From NCBI RefSeq assembly GCF_964204645.1, contig NC_134031.1, forward strand, positions 3,720,001 through 3,784,000: a DNA stretch of 64,000 bases, in the 5' to 3' direction. The notes below the pieces were generated by a model that was not told the origin of the DNA, searched no databases, and was given only the letters and a program-made list of their open reading frames with translations. Below, in pieces: positions 14,701 through 25,933 of the stretch. Position 1 is the stretch's first letter. The number at the start of each line of letters is the position of its first letter. Made by a program: the position numbers and the translations under genes. This DNA comes from Tubulanus polymorphus. Its lineage: Eukaryota; Animalia; Nemertea.

Positions 14701-17700
14701 CTGTTTGATAGGCGATATGTATGGCTAGATCAGTTGACCAAAATAAGCAATCGTACCTGAGATATTTCCGTACTGGTTCACAGACTAATTCCAACACGAC
14801 TCCCGTATGATCTAATACACGTAGGGCTCGTATAGCGCTGATATAAGCCGTCAATATATCGGATGTATTCACTCCTGCAATAAAACGAATACTGATAATG
14901 TTCTCCTATTCTACTCGGGTTTCGCTCATGATGAAAATTTGGTTCAATTAATAAGTTGTAAGACAAATTGAAGCCAGATGACTGACTTTTATCACACTCG
15001 TAATGTGTTAAATAAGGAAGTCATACCTGGATGAAGAAGCCTTGTTTCTAAAGCCGACTTGAGAGACGTTACCAGTTGACTGCGAAGATCCGTCTTTTCG
15101 AGACACAGTTTCAAATCGACGACGGCCGGCTCCGACTCGGGAAACTCGATGATAACGTTGAACAGTTGATCGATGAGCGAGTTGGCGAACGTCTCGTAGA
15201 GAAAGTGCTGCAGACGACTTTTAAACGAACTGACGTCGATGTCGATTCGACTCGATTGATAAATATGCGAAAACCATCCGATCACTTTTACATCTAACCA
15301 CTGAAAATAAAAACAATTCAGAAACGATCTGATAACATCATCACAGATGTCATTCCTCCATATAAGGAGTTACAAGGAGAACATTTCATATTGCCAGGAA
15401 GCGTCTGAATTTCTTTTATATACATGTATCAATTACTGTAGACTCCTGCTAAATCAGTACTGTTGCTGAATAAAATCAAATCTACCAATAAATTAAATTA
15501 ACAATATGAATAACCGTGTTTAGAAATTAAAACGAGTCTATTAAATCAGTTGCCTGAAATACGAAAAACTCTTTCAAACTCACATTTTCCAAAATTCCAA
15601 CGTAGGAACTTTCGAAGTTTCCTTTACACGTGTTTTCGATATGTTGCGAAATCTGTTTATGACTGATGATTGTAATTGATTCACCACATATTCTCTCCAA
15701 CAATCCAACTTTATTCCTGAAAATTCATTTCGCTAATCTTAATTTACCGGGTAGGCCTAGTGAATTTCTAACATCATTTCTGGTTTTTATTCAACTTACA
15801 GTAGCAGGTTGACTGTGTTGAATTTATCGAGGATTTGTTGACAGTGACATTCGTCGATATCCTGGTAACAGCCGGGACACTGTAACAGGTCAGCCTCCGA
15901 ACCAGTACTAACATCAGCAGCTGTAAAAAGATGGTGCAACATTCAATGTTGTAAGTTAACAAGCTGCCTTCAGTGACAGAGTGGTCTTGGATTCAGTGAT
16001 CTAGATTTCAAATCAAACTGGCTTTTCTCTTGGTGCAGTTATCAATCTTATCTTCCAGAATACCGGTAAATGTATTAGTACTGGTCTCATCTGTAAAGAG
16101 GTCATTTGGGTTTAAATCCTTCTGGTACCACCAGTCTTTGTAGACTAGGGGTAATAGTACCGATGTCATTTGTCTTCAACTAGAGATGACTGATACACAG
16201 TTACAGATATAGGCTAGGAGTAATAATACAAATATTACTTCTCTCCAGGGAGATATGACTGATACGCAGTTACAGATATAGGCTAGGGGTAATAATATAA
16301 ATATCACTTCTCTCCAGGGTGAGATGACTGATACACAGTTACAGATATAGGCTAGGGGTAATAATACAAATATCACTTCTCACCAGGGAGAGATGACTGA
16401 TACACAGTTACAGATATAGGCTAGGGGTAATAATACAAATATCACTTCTCTCCAGGGAGAGATGACTGATACACAGTTACAGATATAGGCTAGGGGTAAT
16501 AATACAAATATTACTTCTCTCCGGGGAGAGATGACTGATACACAGTTACAGATATAGGCTAGGGGTAATAATACAAATATTACTTCTCTCCGGGGAGAGA
16601 TGACTGATACACAGTTACAGATATAGGCTAGGGGTAATAATACAAATATCACTTCTCTCCGGGGAGAGATGACTGATACACAGTTACAGATATTGGCTAG
16701 GGGTAATAATACCAATATCACTTCTCTCCGGGAAGAGATGACTGATACACAGTTACAGATATTGGCTAGGGGTAATAATACCAATATCACTTCTCTCCGG
16801 GAAGAGATGACTGATACACAGTTACAGATATTGGCTAGGGGTAATGATACCAATATCACTTCTCTCCGGGGAGAGATGACTGATACACAGTTACAGATAT
16901 TGGCTAGGGGTAATAATACCAATATCACTTCTCTCCAGGGAGAGATGACTGATACACGGTTACAGATATAGGCCAGGAGTAATTAATGCCAATATCACTT
17001 TAGAGTGAGATGACTGATATGCGGTTACAGATATAGATTAGGGGTGATAATACCAATAGGCCTATCACTTCTGGGGGAGATAACTAGAAGATAACCACCT
17101 TCTAAATGTTTATCTTGATGTTTGAAAACTCTAAATGCTGTGCTGTAAAATTGTTCGACGACATCATCGAAACATTTCGTTGTACAATAAAACATGATCG
17201 CCTTGTAAAATCCTTGCACCTTCTTCGTGACAAAGTCTTCATCTAGAGCGACGGATGAGTCGCCGCGTAAACACCCGCGTATTTTATTCAACATCGGAAT
17301 CCGACGCTGAAATTTCGACAATTGTTCGTAGAGTTTCGAAACGACGTCGTGAAACAGTTCGATGATGTCACCGCCGTCACCACCGCAGCCGGACCGCGAG
17401 TTACGCTCGTGGAAATATATCCAGAAATTCGGGCCGACGTTCGTACGGAGTTCTTGTTGAACAGTTTCGAAAAACCATTCCTCGATGACGTAAGCGAGTC
17501 CTTCGTTTTGTAACAGTTTGACGGAGTTCACAACTTTCTCCTCCGTAAAGTCAAGAAAATCCTGGAATGGAACGGAATTAAAGGAGGGAATGGAAAGAAG
17601 AAAATTCTGTAATTTCTCCTAAATCTTCTTTAAATTGTTTTGTAATGAATCAAATGTTTACAATACCTTGTTAGGATCTAAACTCGATTCAATACTGGCC

Positions 17701-17714
17701 CAAGCCTCGTCCAT
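11713..17714 (-). CDS. ANAPC2: Anaphase-promoting complex subunit 2 (cullin-like), 12 coding exons
   Basis: Exons with GT-AG borders and consistent phases: 17714-17667, 17561-17099, 15920-15800, 15716-15584, 15300-15027, 14874-14757, 14389-14214, 13768-13473, 13304-13142, 13051-12956, 12543-12314, 11916-11713. APC2 motifs include IIEFPESEPAVVDLKLCL, LETRLLHPGVNTSDIL, WMPDPVDADP, LVNIYGSKELFVNEYR, LELLKLRFGE and the C-terminal YVVGMLTNLESLPLDRIHSMLKMF. Confidence 0.97.
16145..17065. repeat. 69-bp minisatellite, about 13 copies, in ANAPC2 intron 2
   Basis: The unit GAGATGACTGATACACAGTTACAGATATAGGCTAGGGGTAATAATACAAATATCACTTCTCTCCGGGGA repeats with period 69 (for example 16321, 16390) and explains the repetitive ORFs. 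Confidence 0.97.
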
Positions 17715-18535
17715 TGCAGATATTCGATGGTTGATCCGATTTTTTAAATGAATTTGAGACTTGAAAAAAAAATTTCGATTTATTCTAGGCTGCGACCTTG
17801 AGATTGACAATCCATTTGCTGTATTGAATTGAATTGAATTGCTGTAACCGAAGGTGGCCCTGGCGGTCGTCCTGACGCCGGGTTTCTGACGGTTCTTGGC
17901 GGTGACTGACGGTATTCAGTATGCCCGGCGGATGCTGATAGGGGGCAGCACATTCCGGTAGAGTATGGATGATTGTTTGGTTTTTGACAATGTCTGTCAA
18001 TATAGGCAGGAAATGTGCTCTATTTAAAATGATGATTGATTCCTGAAATGTGAAAAGAAAAAGGGTAATTAGATATCGACCGCGTTAATTATTGCTCATT
18101 GATAATTAGTTTCTCTCTGGGCTGCAGCCTGTCTGCTCTGCTGAGTGTTACTGTTGGCTCTCCTATAGTCCTATACCGGTATGTATTTGTACTGGTGGTA
18201 GGTGATTTAGTCTTCTGACCTGATACCGATCCTACCTTCTGGCTCTGGGCCTTAGAATTGTCTTCTAAGCAGTTACTAGGAAAATGCCGTTGGTGGTATT
18301 CTAAGAATCGAACAGGCTTTTCGTAAGATGGATATTTTCCTGCCCTAGAGTAAATTACACAAAAGAAATAATGGGTCATTTCCAAAAAACCTTTTGGAAC
18401 TATGGTAGAGAGTTGTAAACCCTATGCTTTGTGACTGGTGTAGAAAACTCATTTTTCTTGTCACTACTTTTCAGAACTGGACCCGCTGACCTTGACCTCT
18501 CACCTTTAACAGTGGCAGACGCGATGTAGAAAGTA

Positions 18536-19747
18536 ATGACGAACCTAATCGAGTTAGCGTCGACATGCTTTCGAACGTTCATCGACGGACTCGAACTGCT
18601 CGGCAACATTGTCGGTTTCGTGCTTCGCGTCAACTACATCGTCGTCGTGAGCACAATAGAGGGCATCGTTTCGATTGCCGCAGCCGCGAAAAAATCCGTC
18701 TGCACGTTCGCGTTCGCCTGCGTCGACACGGTGGACTCGGCGTTTCGTTTGTGTCAGGACGTCATCAATTTACTGACAGATTTCGTAAATTTCGTCGTTA
18801 GTTTCGCGCAGTCGTGTATTTCGTTGGCGGAGTTGATTTGTTGTTGTATTTGGAACGCGGGTGTCGTCGTGTGGAATGCCACACACAGAATTTGTTTGGC
18901 CGGTAATTCGCATTTTTCCGTCGTTTATGAGACAATCGAATCTGGGTCTAGTTTACTGGTGAACACGTTTTTACGCGCGTGCGGTCACGCTTACGAATAC
19001 GCGGCGTTTCTCTCGGATGCCGCTCGACGAAACGCCTATGCGACTCTGACGGCGGCCATCTTGTGTTTAAGACAGTGCATGTATTACGTGTTGAATTATG
19101 CGTCCGCGCTTACAGACGCCGCATTTCAGAAGGTGGTCGCTGCGATCGAAGTTTGCGAAATCGGTGCTTCAAGACTCTTCGCGAATTTATCTCGCACATC
19201 TGTCGGTTTATGCGAGTCGGTTTATGCCTCGGTGTCGCATGTTTATACGGTCGTGCTGCCCGGAATTCCGTTGGACGTTTACGCCACAGTCGCCATATTA
19301 CTGTTAGTCGTCGTTTTACACCGGTGCGCGTCGGAGCATTTAGAAGCTCGCGGATTCAGCTTCCCATCGTTGAACGTGTTCACGCGAACCGACGCGCGGC
19401 ATGCGCAAACTCATAGAGTAGCGGACGAGGTGACCGAATCGGATCGTGACAATTCCGACGAGGACGATGAGTTCACTCAGCAGCAGACGCGTCACGAAAC
19501 CTGCCCGGTTTTGAATCCGAGCGAAATGTCTCAATCGGAGCTCACCCGAGCTCTCGAACAGGAACAGGATCGACAGTTGTGCGTGATATGTCGTTGCGAG
19601 CCGAAATCAGTGCTACTTCTGCCGTGTAGACACATGTGCCTGTGCGGGGTTTGCGCCAGACACATCAGCCGTTCAACTCATTACAATCAACGAATATGTC
19701 CTCTCTGTCGGTCGCAGTTGGAGGCAGTTATGAATGTTTACGTGTAA
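18536..19747 (+). CDS. RNF26: RNF26-like membrane-anchored RING E3 ligase, single coding exon
   Basis: 403-aa ORF with a long hydrophobic N-terminal region and a C-terminal RING (CVIC..KSVLLLPCRHMCLCGVC..CPLCR..MNVYV), the RNF26 architecture. Confidence 0.85.
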   Translation: MTNLIELASTCFRTFIDGLELLGNIVGFVLRVNYIVVVSTIEGIVSIAAAAKKSVCTFAFACVDTVDSAFRLCQDVINLLTDFVNFVVSFAQSCISLAELICCCIWNAGVVVWNATHRICLAGNSHFSVVYETIESGSSLLVNTFLRACGHAYEYAAFLSDAARRNAYATLTAAILCLRQCMYYVLNYASALTDAAFQKVVAAIEVCEIGASRLFANLSRTSVGLCESVYASVSHVYTVVLPGIPLDVYATVAILLLVVVLHRCASEHLEARGFSFPSLNVFTRTDARHAQTHRVADEVTESDRDNSDEDDEFTQQQTRHETCPVLNPSEMSQSELTRALEQEQDRQLCVICRCEPKSVLLLPCRHMCLCGVCARHISRSTHYNQRICPLCRSQLEAVMNVYV

Positions 19748-21105
19748 AAGTTTTTAATGCAGGGGTCAGCTGCACAGTTGTGGTTTAGATTAGGACCATA
19801 GCCGATCTAACAACTTTAGACTAGTCTTTGTTCGACCTTTTGGACTTAAGCCTCGACTTAGGCTCAGTTGCACGATCATGGTTTTGATTTAAGACCAGCC
19901 TTAATCAGAGTATCTTGGTTCCATAGCCAATCTAGCATCCTAAGACCAATCTAAAGATCGGAGTTTTAAATCTTTGGATTGGTCTTAAGTTGTTAGACCA
20001 CTTTTGTACTAAAGGCACCACTGTACAGCTAGACCCAGTCGGACCCCGTCTAATGTATGTACATCAGTTGATTATCTAATCTAGTTTATTTATGTTCCAA
20101 ATATAGGCCTACATATAATGTATGTAAAATATGGTGTTCAATCTGTATTTCTCATAAACAGAATTAATTTTGTTGGTCCTAAATTATCTGAATTTAGCAG
20201 GGGTCTGCTGTAAAGCTATATGATTAAAGCTAGTTTAATGTAAACCTATTTACTTTACTAGGGTAAAAGAGGAAGACAATTTCTAAGCATATTCAAAGAC
20301 AAGCATTTAAAATGTTATTCTAAAGAGGTCTGCCACCTAGGATGTAATAGATGGATGATGTCTTCAATTGTTCCCATTAATTTTCAAAATGGGGCCGGTC
20401 CAGAGATTGCCATTAGTAATAATTCAAAAACTCAATGCCAGTAAATATAGTTTGTTTGACGGTTTTTGTTTTAAAAAAAAGAACTCATTGTCTTTGCCTC
20501 TTGCTGGGTTAGGCAATAAAAAGAATCATTGAATAAATAATCATCATCGAAGGTGCTTCGAGTCACTGTGCCATCATTCTGTACATTCATGCACGTCAGA
20601 CAATGCAAATTTGAATAAAAGCTTTATATTATATATGAATAGCATGTTTTTGTAGTGTTCTTGGATCCTCAAACTTCCACGCTTACAGATTCTTTATCTT
20701 ATTTGGATCAATAATCTAGCTGGCAATCGTACAAAGTATGGAATGGATTTCTCCGAAAGTACCTTCTTGGTGGCCTTATCCATATATACCTTAGGAGGTC
20801 AAGACTCAAGCCTGCAGAAAGTTGCATACTCCTTAGACTCGGCCTTACTCTGTACCATTTAACTCAGAAAAACATGCTCCACGTTGAACTCTATGAACAT
20901 TTCTGAAATTTTGTGAAATATTCTGTCCCAACCATGCAGAGTAAGGCGGAGTCACCCATACAACTCATTGGTGTATTTGGTACTGGTTAACTCGGAACTC
21001 CTTGTCACCAATTCTCAACTAAGTAATATATTTACAGACCCAACGTTACCAGTAGGCGGAGTCTTTAAACCAAAGCTAGGATATGAACAGCACATTACTC
21101 AGGAG

Positions 21106-21220
21106 CTGGTTGCACAGTCGTGGCTCAAATCCAAAATTGTTCTGAAATCTTAACACTGGTCTTATATTGGCTATAGTCTTTGACTGGTCTTAAGTTTATG
21201 CCATGACTATGCAACTGGCC
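21106..21220. mobile_element. Short MITE family A (GGCCAGTTGC..GCAACTGGCC termini), representative copy
   Basis: TIRs GGTTGCACAGTCGTGGC / GCCATGACTATGCAACT. Related copies or fragments at about 19765-20000, 38590-38702, 43475-43530, 47060-47190, 48660-48750, 54247-54375, 57240-57345 and 62370-62512. Confidence 0.75.
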
Positions 21221-21339
21221 TCGGGACATAATTCCCACCACTTTATAATATATACGAGAATCCTTAGATTTAATCCCTCGAATGACACCCGATTAGAACT
21301 AACAGAAATGAGAACATATATACTTTCCTAGAGCTGAAT

Positions 21340-22608
21340 TTATTTCCACCAGAAACTCACAGAAAAACTAACACTGAGTGATTTTATAAAATGCCAATAT
21401 TTCGGCGGAATGTACAACATATCTCCCGGTCTCAGTACGCCTTCTTTCACCGTCGTTTTCCGATAAAGCGGAAACGTTTCGAAATCGGGATTTTCGACGT
21501 CGACGCGACTTGTATTATTCAAAAGCGTCTCGTCGTGTGGATAAAGAAATCGCGATTGTTCCGGCGGGAAAAGTTTCACGAATTTCTCGCCGACAACTTG
21601 CGCCAGGAAGTTACGTTTCGGGTCGTGGTGCAGCGGAGAAACGGTACCGCTCGGACCGAACCAGGCGTTTATATCGACGTCTTCGTCGGTCGAGTCCCCG
21701 AGGCAACAATACGTCGGCACGACGATATCGCGGCGTAATTCGGGTATCTGATCGAATAACTGATGCTGCGCGAGATACGCGATTTTCGAAGCGCGACCCG
21801 GTTCGACGAATTCCTCGATGAATTCGCGTACGCTCATCAGTTTTTGCGACCAGTTTTCGTCGGTGTATTTGGAACCGATTTCGACCGGTACGATCCGGCA
21901 TCCGCACGTACGCTTCAAATAATGCACGCACCATTTCCGATCGCCGTCGAACGCCGGCCAGAAATCGATACAATCGGTCAAAATAACCGGTTCGCCGCGA
22001 TCCATGAAATTAGTTCGAAAATATTCCAACGACGGACAGGACAAACGCGTAATTCGGTTCGTAAGTTTTAATAATTCGTCCGCGCTTTCTAACTTGGCGC
22101 GTTTCGCGTGGCAAGCGCACGGCTCGCGCGAAACCGAATTTCGCATGATGTACGCCTGAAGAGCGGAGACGATATTTCGCAACGCGTTCTCGATGACCGG
22201 CGCGCCCATTATCAATCCACGATCGCAAGTTTCGACCGCTTCGGAATAGTCGTAAAACGTCTCGGTATCGACGTGAGAAGAATGCTCGACCTTCAAACAT
22301 TGACACAGAGCTTTCACCGTCGATAAGAAAGTGTAGAAATAACGCCAATCATCCGCTACGTCATTCCAATGTCCGGTGTTTAGCTTTTCCCAAACGATGT
22401 CCAGTAGAACGTCGCAGTACTGGATGCAGTTTTGCGAATCGGCGATGCAAAACAATTCACTATTGGAGAACTTGCTGAAAAGTTTCATGGCGCGGTAGTA
22501 CATCGCAGCTCCGACAATTTCACGGTTTATCGATTTTTGAAACTCGGTCGCGAAATGCGGATATGACTCATTCGCGAATACACCGTTCATGACGGCCGGT
22601 AACTTCAT
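21340..22608 (-). CDS. KDM8: JmjC hydroxylase KDM8/JMJD5, main coding exon; possible extra 5' coding exons up to 22946
   Basis: Motifs WEKLNTGHW, CDRGLIMGAP, VPVEIGSKYTDENWSQKLM, YLAQHQLFDQIPEL, NAWFGPSGTVSPLHHDP and SLSVSFSVSFWW. First ATG of the large exon is at 22608; the ORF-track start at 22719 runs through intron sequence. Confidence 0.96.
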   Translation of the reverse strand: MKLPAVMNGVFANESYPHFATEFQKSINREIVGAAMYYRAMKLFSKFSNSELFCIADSQNCIQYCDVLLDIVWEKLNTGHWNDVADDWRYFYTFLSTVKALCQCLKVEHSSHVDTETFYDYSEAVETCDRGLIMGAPVIENALRNIVSALQAYIMRNSVSREPCACHAKRAKLESADELLKLTNRITRLSCPSLEYFRTNFMDRGEPVILTDCIDFWPAFDGDRKWCVHYLKRTCGCRIVPVEIGSKYTDENWSQKLMSVREFIEEFVEPGRASKIAYLAQHQLFDQIPELRRDIVVPTYCCLGDSTDEDVDINAWFGPSGTVSPLHHDPKRNFLAQVVGEKFVKLFPPEQSRFLYPHDETLLNNTSRVDVENPDFETFPLYRKTTVKEGVLRPGDMLYIPPKYWHFIKSLSVSFSVSFWWK

Positions 22609-23329
22609 CTTTTCAAGGTTTATGAACTGCTGAAGAACTAAAAATTTTTTTTTTCTAGCTAGGGCGGGGTTAGCTTCAAAAAAATATGAGCAGCAAAGTA
22701 TTATTTCCCCCACAAACAAAAAGATAGTTTTTTGACCTATCCGTTTTTCAATTCGTTCAAAACTTACATCATCACCAAACAGGTTGTAGGTACTACTAAT
22801 AAAACGTACTTAGACTTGATTAAATTCACTTGTATTTACATTTTCAATAGGCCTAATCAAATTTTTCCCACGGCTCCGCGACCTTGATTAACTTACGGAG
22901 CATTCCTTGAACTTGCTTGAAAGGCGAATTCATAGGAGCACGCCATTTTACATCTTCGCTCAAGCGAGGATGGACTTGCAGTCCAATTGAATGAAGCATA
23001 TTCTCTGAAACCCCAGTGTAAACTCATTTGAACTCCAGGGAACCGAGTGTCATCGAGGCCACTTACAGGTGCGGGGAAATTTTGGGGCCAAATACAGAAA
23101 TACTCAAGTCATCAATGAGAGAATATTCCTAAAACCTCTCCAAGATACACCTGAAAATGTCTAATCAGAAATAACACCATCAATCACTCTGGAAAAATCT
23201 TTTTTGCACAACCAACCATCCATGAAATAATTTCCTTCCCTAAGCCTTCATGAGAAATAATCGGAGCAAAAAATCCTACACACAAATTTTCACGTAAATC
23301 AAGATTTATTTTAGAAGTTCAGTACAAGT

Positions 23330-24997
23330 TTATTCTCTCTTCTTTTTGTGAGCTTTCTTCGCGACCACCGGTTTCTGGCTCTGTAGGATAGCACTAGCTC
23401 TTCTCAGCGCAGCCTGCAAATAAACAAAACGTTTTATCAAACCGTTACTCGGGGAATATGAAATTCCCAGATATTTCCCCTAGACCAAAAATTTCATTAT
23501 GAAATCACAAGTGCTCAGTCGGGGGCTGTTTCTTATCACCTTCCGTATGTCGTTGATCAACAATAAGAACAAAAATTTCAAATCCCTGACTATTCTGTGA
23601 TTAACAAGTCAGAATTCCCTATCTGTGGACACCCTTATACAGTGAACCCCCGATAAACCACCACCCTCGTCTACCACCAGGTTTTCTCAATGTACATCTC
23701 AATATAAATACACAATAAAACATCCTGATATACCGCCATACTCTCTATACCGCCAAAATCGTTAAGCACTGATGTGGGCGGTATATTGGGGGTTGACTGT
23801 AGTTGTTAAATATGGTCTCACCATTTTAAGTCCACGTCTATCTTTGCTTTTAGAGATGGTTTTGCTGATCGTAGCGAAAGTACGTCTGGCGTCTTTCTTC
23901 AGTTCCACGCGGGCCATCGACTTGGATGGTTTTCTGCCACCTACAAAACAATCATTCATCTTAAATTTTAGAAAATACAAAGAACAGGGTCTGGAAAAGG
24001 ATCACTAAGGCACGTTTTGATAGGTCTCTAAAGAGACACAGGAATTTTCTTGCGGCATGTTATGACCGGAATTCTTTTTTTAACCACTTTACCGATTGTG
24101 GATTAGCATAATCTTTTACATGGCTGATACATGGCTGCTAGAGAGTTAGTTATCCGGAATTAATCAAAATTTAGCTTCATTCTCACTATCGATCAATGGC
24201 TTAGTACCGGTATGTACTAGCTCAATCGCGATCAAGGGGTAACTTTATCTCTTAAGTGGCTGATCCTTCATATTCAACTGTTGTTGGATATTTGCTCTTA
24301 TCTCTGCCCAATTTTTAACAATGGCTAATTCATTACTAGTGTATTTATTGTCAAATGTGACATAATTGAATGGTAGCAACTTGGGGCAGCACAGTATGTC
24401 CGCTGTGTCAGCGAACGTGTTCAGTCAGAGCTTACTGATATTTTTCACACGTACCTCGAGCTTTCTTCGTAACGATCACTACACCCTTGCCATCTTTAGC
24501 GGCTTCTACACCAAAAGTTTGTTTGTGGATCAGTCCGTTGTATTTGAAGGAGTTTTTGCCTTTTAAATTGTTCGCCTCCTGGAATAGAAAGATTATCAGT
24601 GAAAAACTTGTTGAAGCACAAAAATTTCAGAAGAGCCTAAAAAGTGATGGAATTTTTGTTAGGAATAGTATGATGATTATAACACCCATGTATCCATATG
24701 AGTTAGGATTAGGGAGTTAAGGTGCGAGGGACAGAAGGGTAGACAAGGGCTTCGATCTGGAGTTGCAGGGCAAGGAAGGATAGGCTGTAAGAATCACGGC
24801 AGGGTTTGAGAATCACGAATAGTGTAAGAATTTGGCCAAGGAATTAAGGGGGCAATTTGTTTTTTTTTTACTTTTCGAAAAACAACAAATACTACGTCAA
24901 ATTTAATACTTACAGTCGTGAAACTGCAACCTCGTGCTCCTTTCCTGAGGAATGCTGAATTATTCCTGATGATCGCCCAAGTCAAATGTGAAGACAT
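23330..24997 (-). CDS. RPL28: 60S ribosomal protein L28 (eL28), 4 coding exons plus a non-coding exon 1 (25752-25713)
   Basis: Exons 24997-24914 ([17 protein letters not shown]), 24578-24455 ([19 protein letters not shown]), 23940-23822 and 23413-23330 ([15 protein letters not shown]). Poly(A) signal at about 23305. Confidence 0.97.
23640..23799. mobile_element. Tc1/pogo(Tigger)-type MITE in RPL28 intron 4
   Basis: TA|CAGTGAACCCCCGATAAACC ... GGTATATTGGGGGTTGACTG|TA: imperfect TIRs with CAGT ends and a TA target duplication. Confidence 0.8.
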
Positions 24998-25214
24998 TTT
25001 GCCGTTTCTTGTGTCTGAAATGTGTATAGAGAAAATATTTTAAGTCATCAGCAACGGATAACAATATCAACCCAATCACGATCTAAACAGAGCACATAAT
25101 TTTATAACTCAAACTTTCAATTTGAATTCTGGAATTGAATCTAGATTTAGTCGATTATTTCAATATCCTAATTACCATATAACAGCAGAGCAATAACATC
25201 TTAAGGTGAATAGT

Positions 25215-25405
25215 TTATGTACCGATGCGACCTAAAACCCTTAACCGTTTAGTACCAACTCCCACCAGCAGGGTTCCTTACAGTTATACTATTATTGGGT
25301 ACGTCCAGCTTGATGGGTAGGCATCCTCTCCATCATCATGGACAGGACGACGGAGCTTGCCGCCGTGCCGTTTGAGGCAAATTCGGAAATTTACGCTTAA
25401 GGCTC
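25215..25405 (-). ncRNA. Candidate box H/ACA sno/scaRNA in RPL28 intron 1
   Basis: Several hairpins (TGATGG/CCATCA with GTCCA/TGGAC; ACGGCGG/CCGTCGT), an H box (ATAATA/ATAGTA, 25287-25295), a 3' hairpin (GGAACCCT/AGGGTTTT, ACTG/CGGT) and ACA at 25220-25218. It lies on the sense strand of a ribosomal-protein host gene. Confidence 0.45.
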
Positions 25406-25453
25406 AAGAAATGAAATATCATCAATATTTCCACTGCTGGTAGTTTTGATAAA

Positions 25454-25570
25454 TAATGTGAGATGATTAATAAGGACCACATGAAATGCCATGAAGAGCA
25501 ATAGACATATTGGGGAACTATTTTCGCAACCAGAGCCAGGACGGGGAAATTTCCTCTTTACGGTCGACGA
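25454..25570 (-). ncRNA. Second candidate H/ACA snoRNA in RPL28 intron 1
   Basis: 5' hairpin CG(T)CGACC/GGTTGCG with an internal pocket and AGGA/TCCT upper stem, H box AAAATA (25524-25519), a weak 3' hairpin and ACA at 25459-25457. Confidence 0.3.
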
Positions 25571-25744
25571 AAATTCTACTTTCCGAATATCGCAGACATC
25601 GGTAAACCGATTCATTTCATAGCTTGGAAAATGTGGAACATGAATCTACATTCTAAAGACCGAAACTCGGTAATTCTAGGCAGATTTCGGGTAAATTTCA
25701 ACACACGTGTACCTGAGATATACTACAGCCTAACCGAACAACAC

Positions 25745-25756
25745 TCAAAAAGAATC
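25745..25756 (-). promoter_or_regulatory. TCT / 5'TOP initiator of RPL28, in a bidirectional promoter shared with RANGRF
   Basis: Minus strand TTC(+1)TTTTTG with +1 at 25752 matches the ribosomal-protein TCT motif. It is followed by a 40-nt exon and a CAG|GTACAC donor at 25713/25712. Confidence 0.75.
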
Positions 25757-25933
25757 GCCGGAAGTGCACGAAATCGGTGCGCGACTCCGATAAAGGACGG
25801 CTCCGAAAATATTAAAATCGCCCACATCAGTTCAATGCTCAATTAACTAGCTTTATTGACCATAATTACATTTCGCAATCATTCGTTACTCGCGCCTCCA
25901 TCAAAGAGGATTTACTGAATATAAAAGGCTAAA

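Noticed and set aside
16176-16971. Repetitive ORFs on both strands, or a CRISPR-like array
   Set aside because: Pure tandem 69-bp units with no unique spacers, inside a eukaryotic intron.
21391-22348. Alternative-frame and antisense ORFs over KDM8 (similar ones over RNF26 and cyclin L)
   Set aside because: By-products of stop-poor, CG-rich codon usage in real coding exons.
25045-25424. Long C/D or composite C/D-H/ACA scaRNA (TGATGA ... CTGA on -)
   Set aside because: No terminal stem, and the sequence before CTGA matches no rRNA or snRNA target I can recall.
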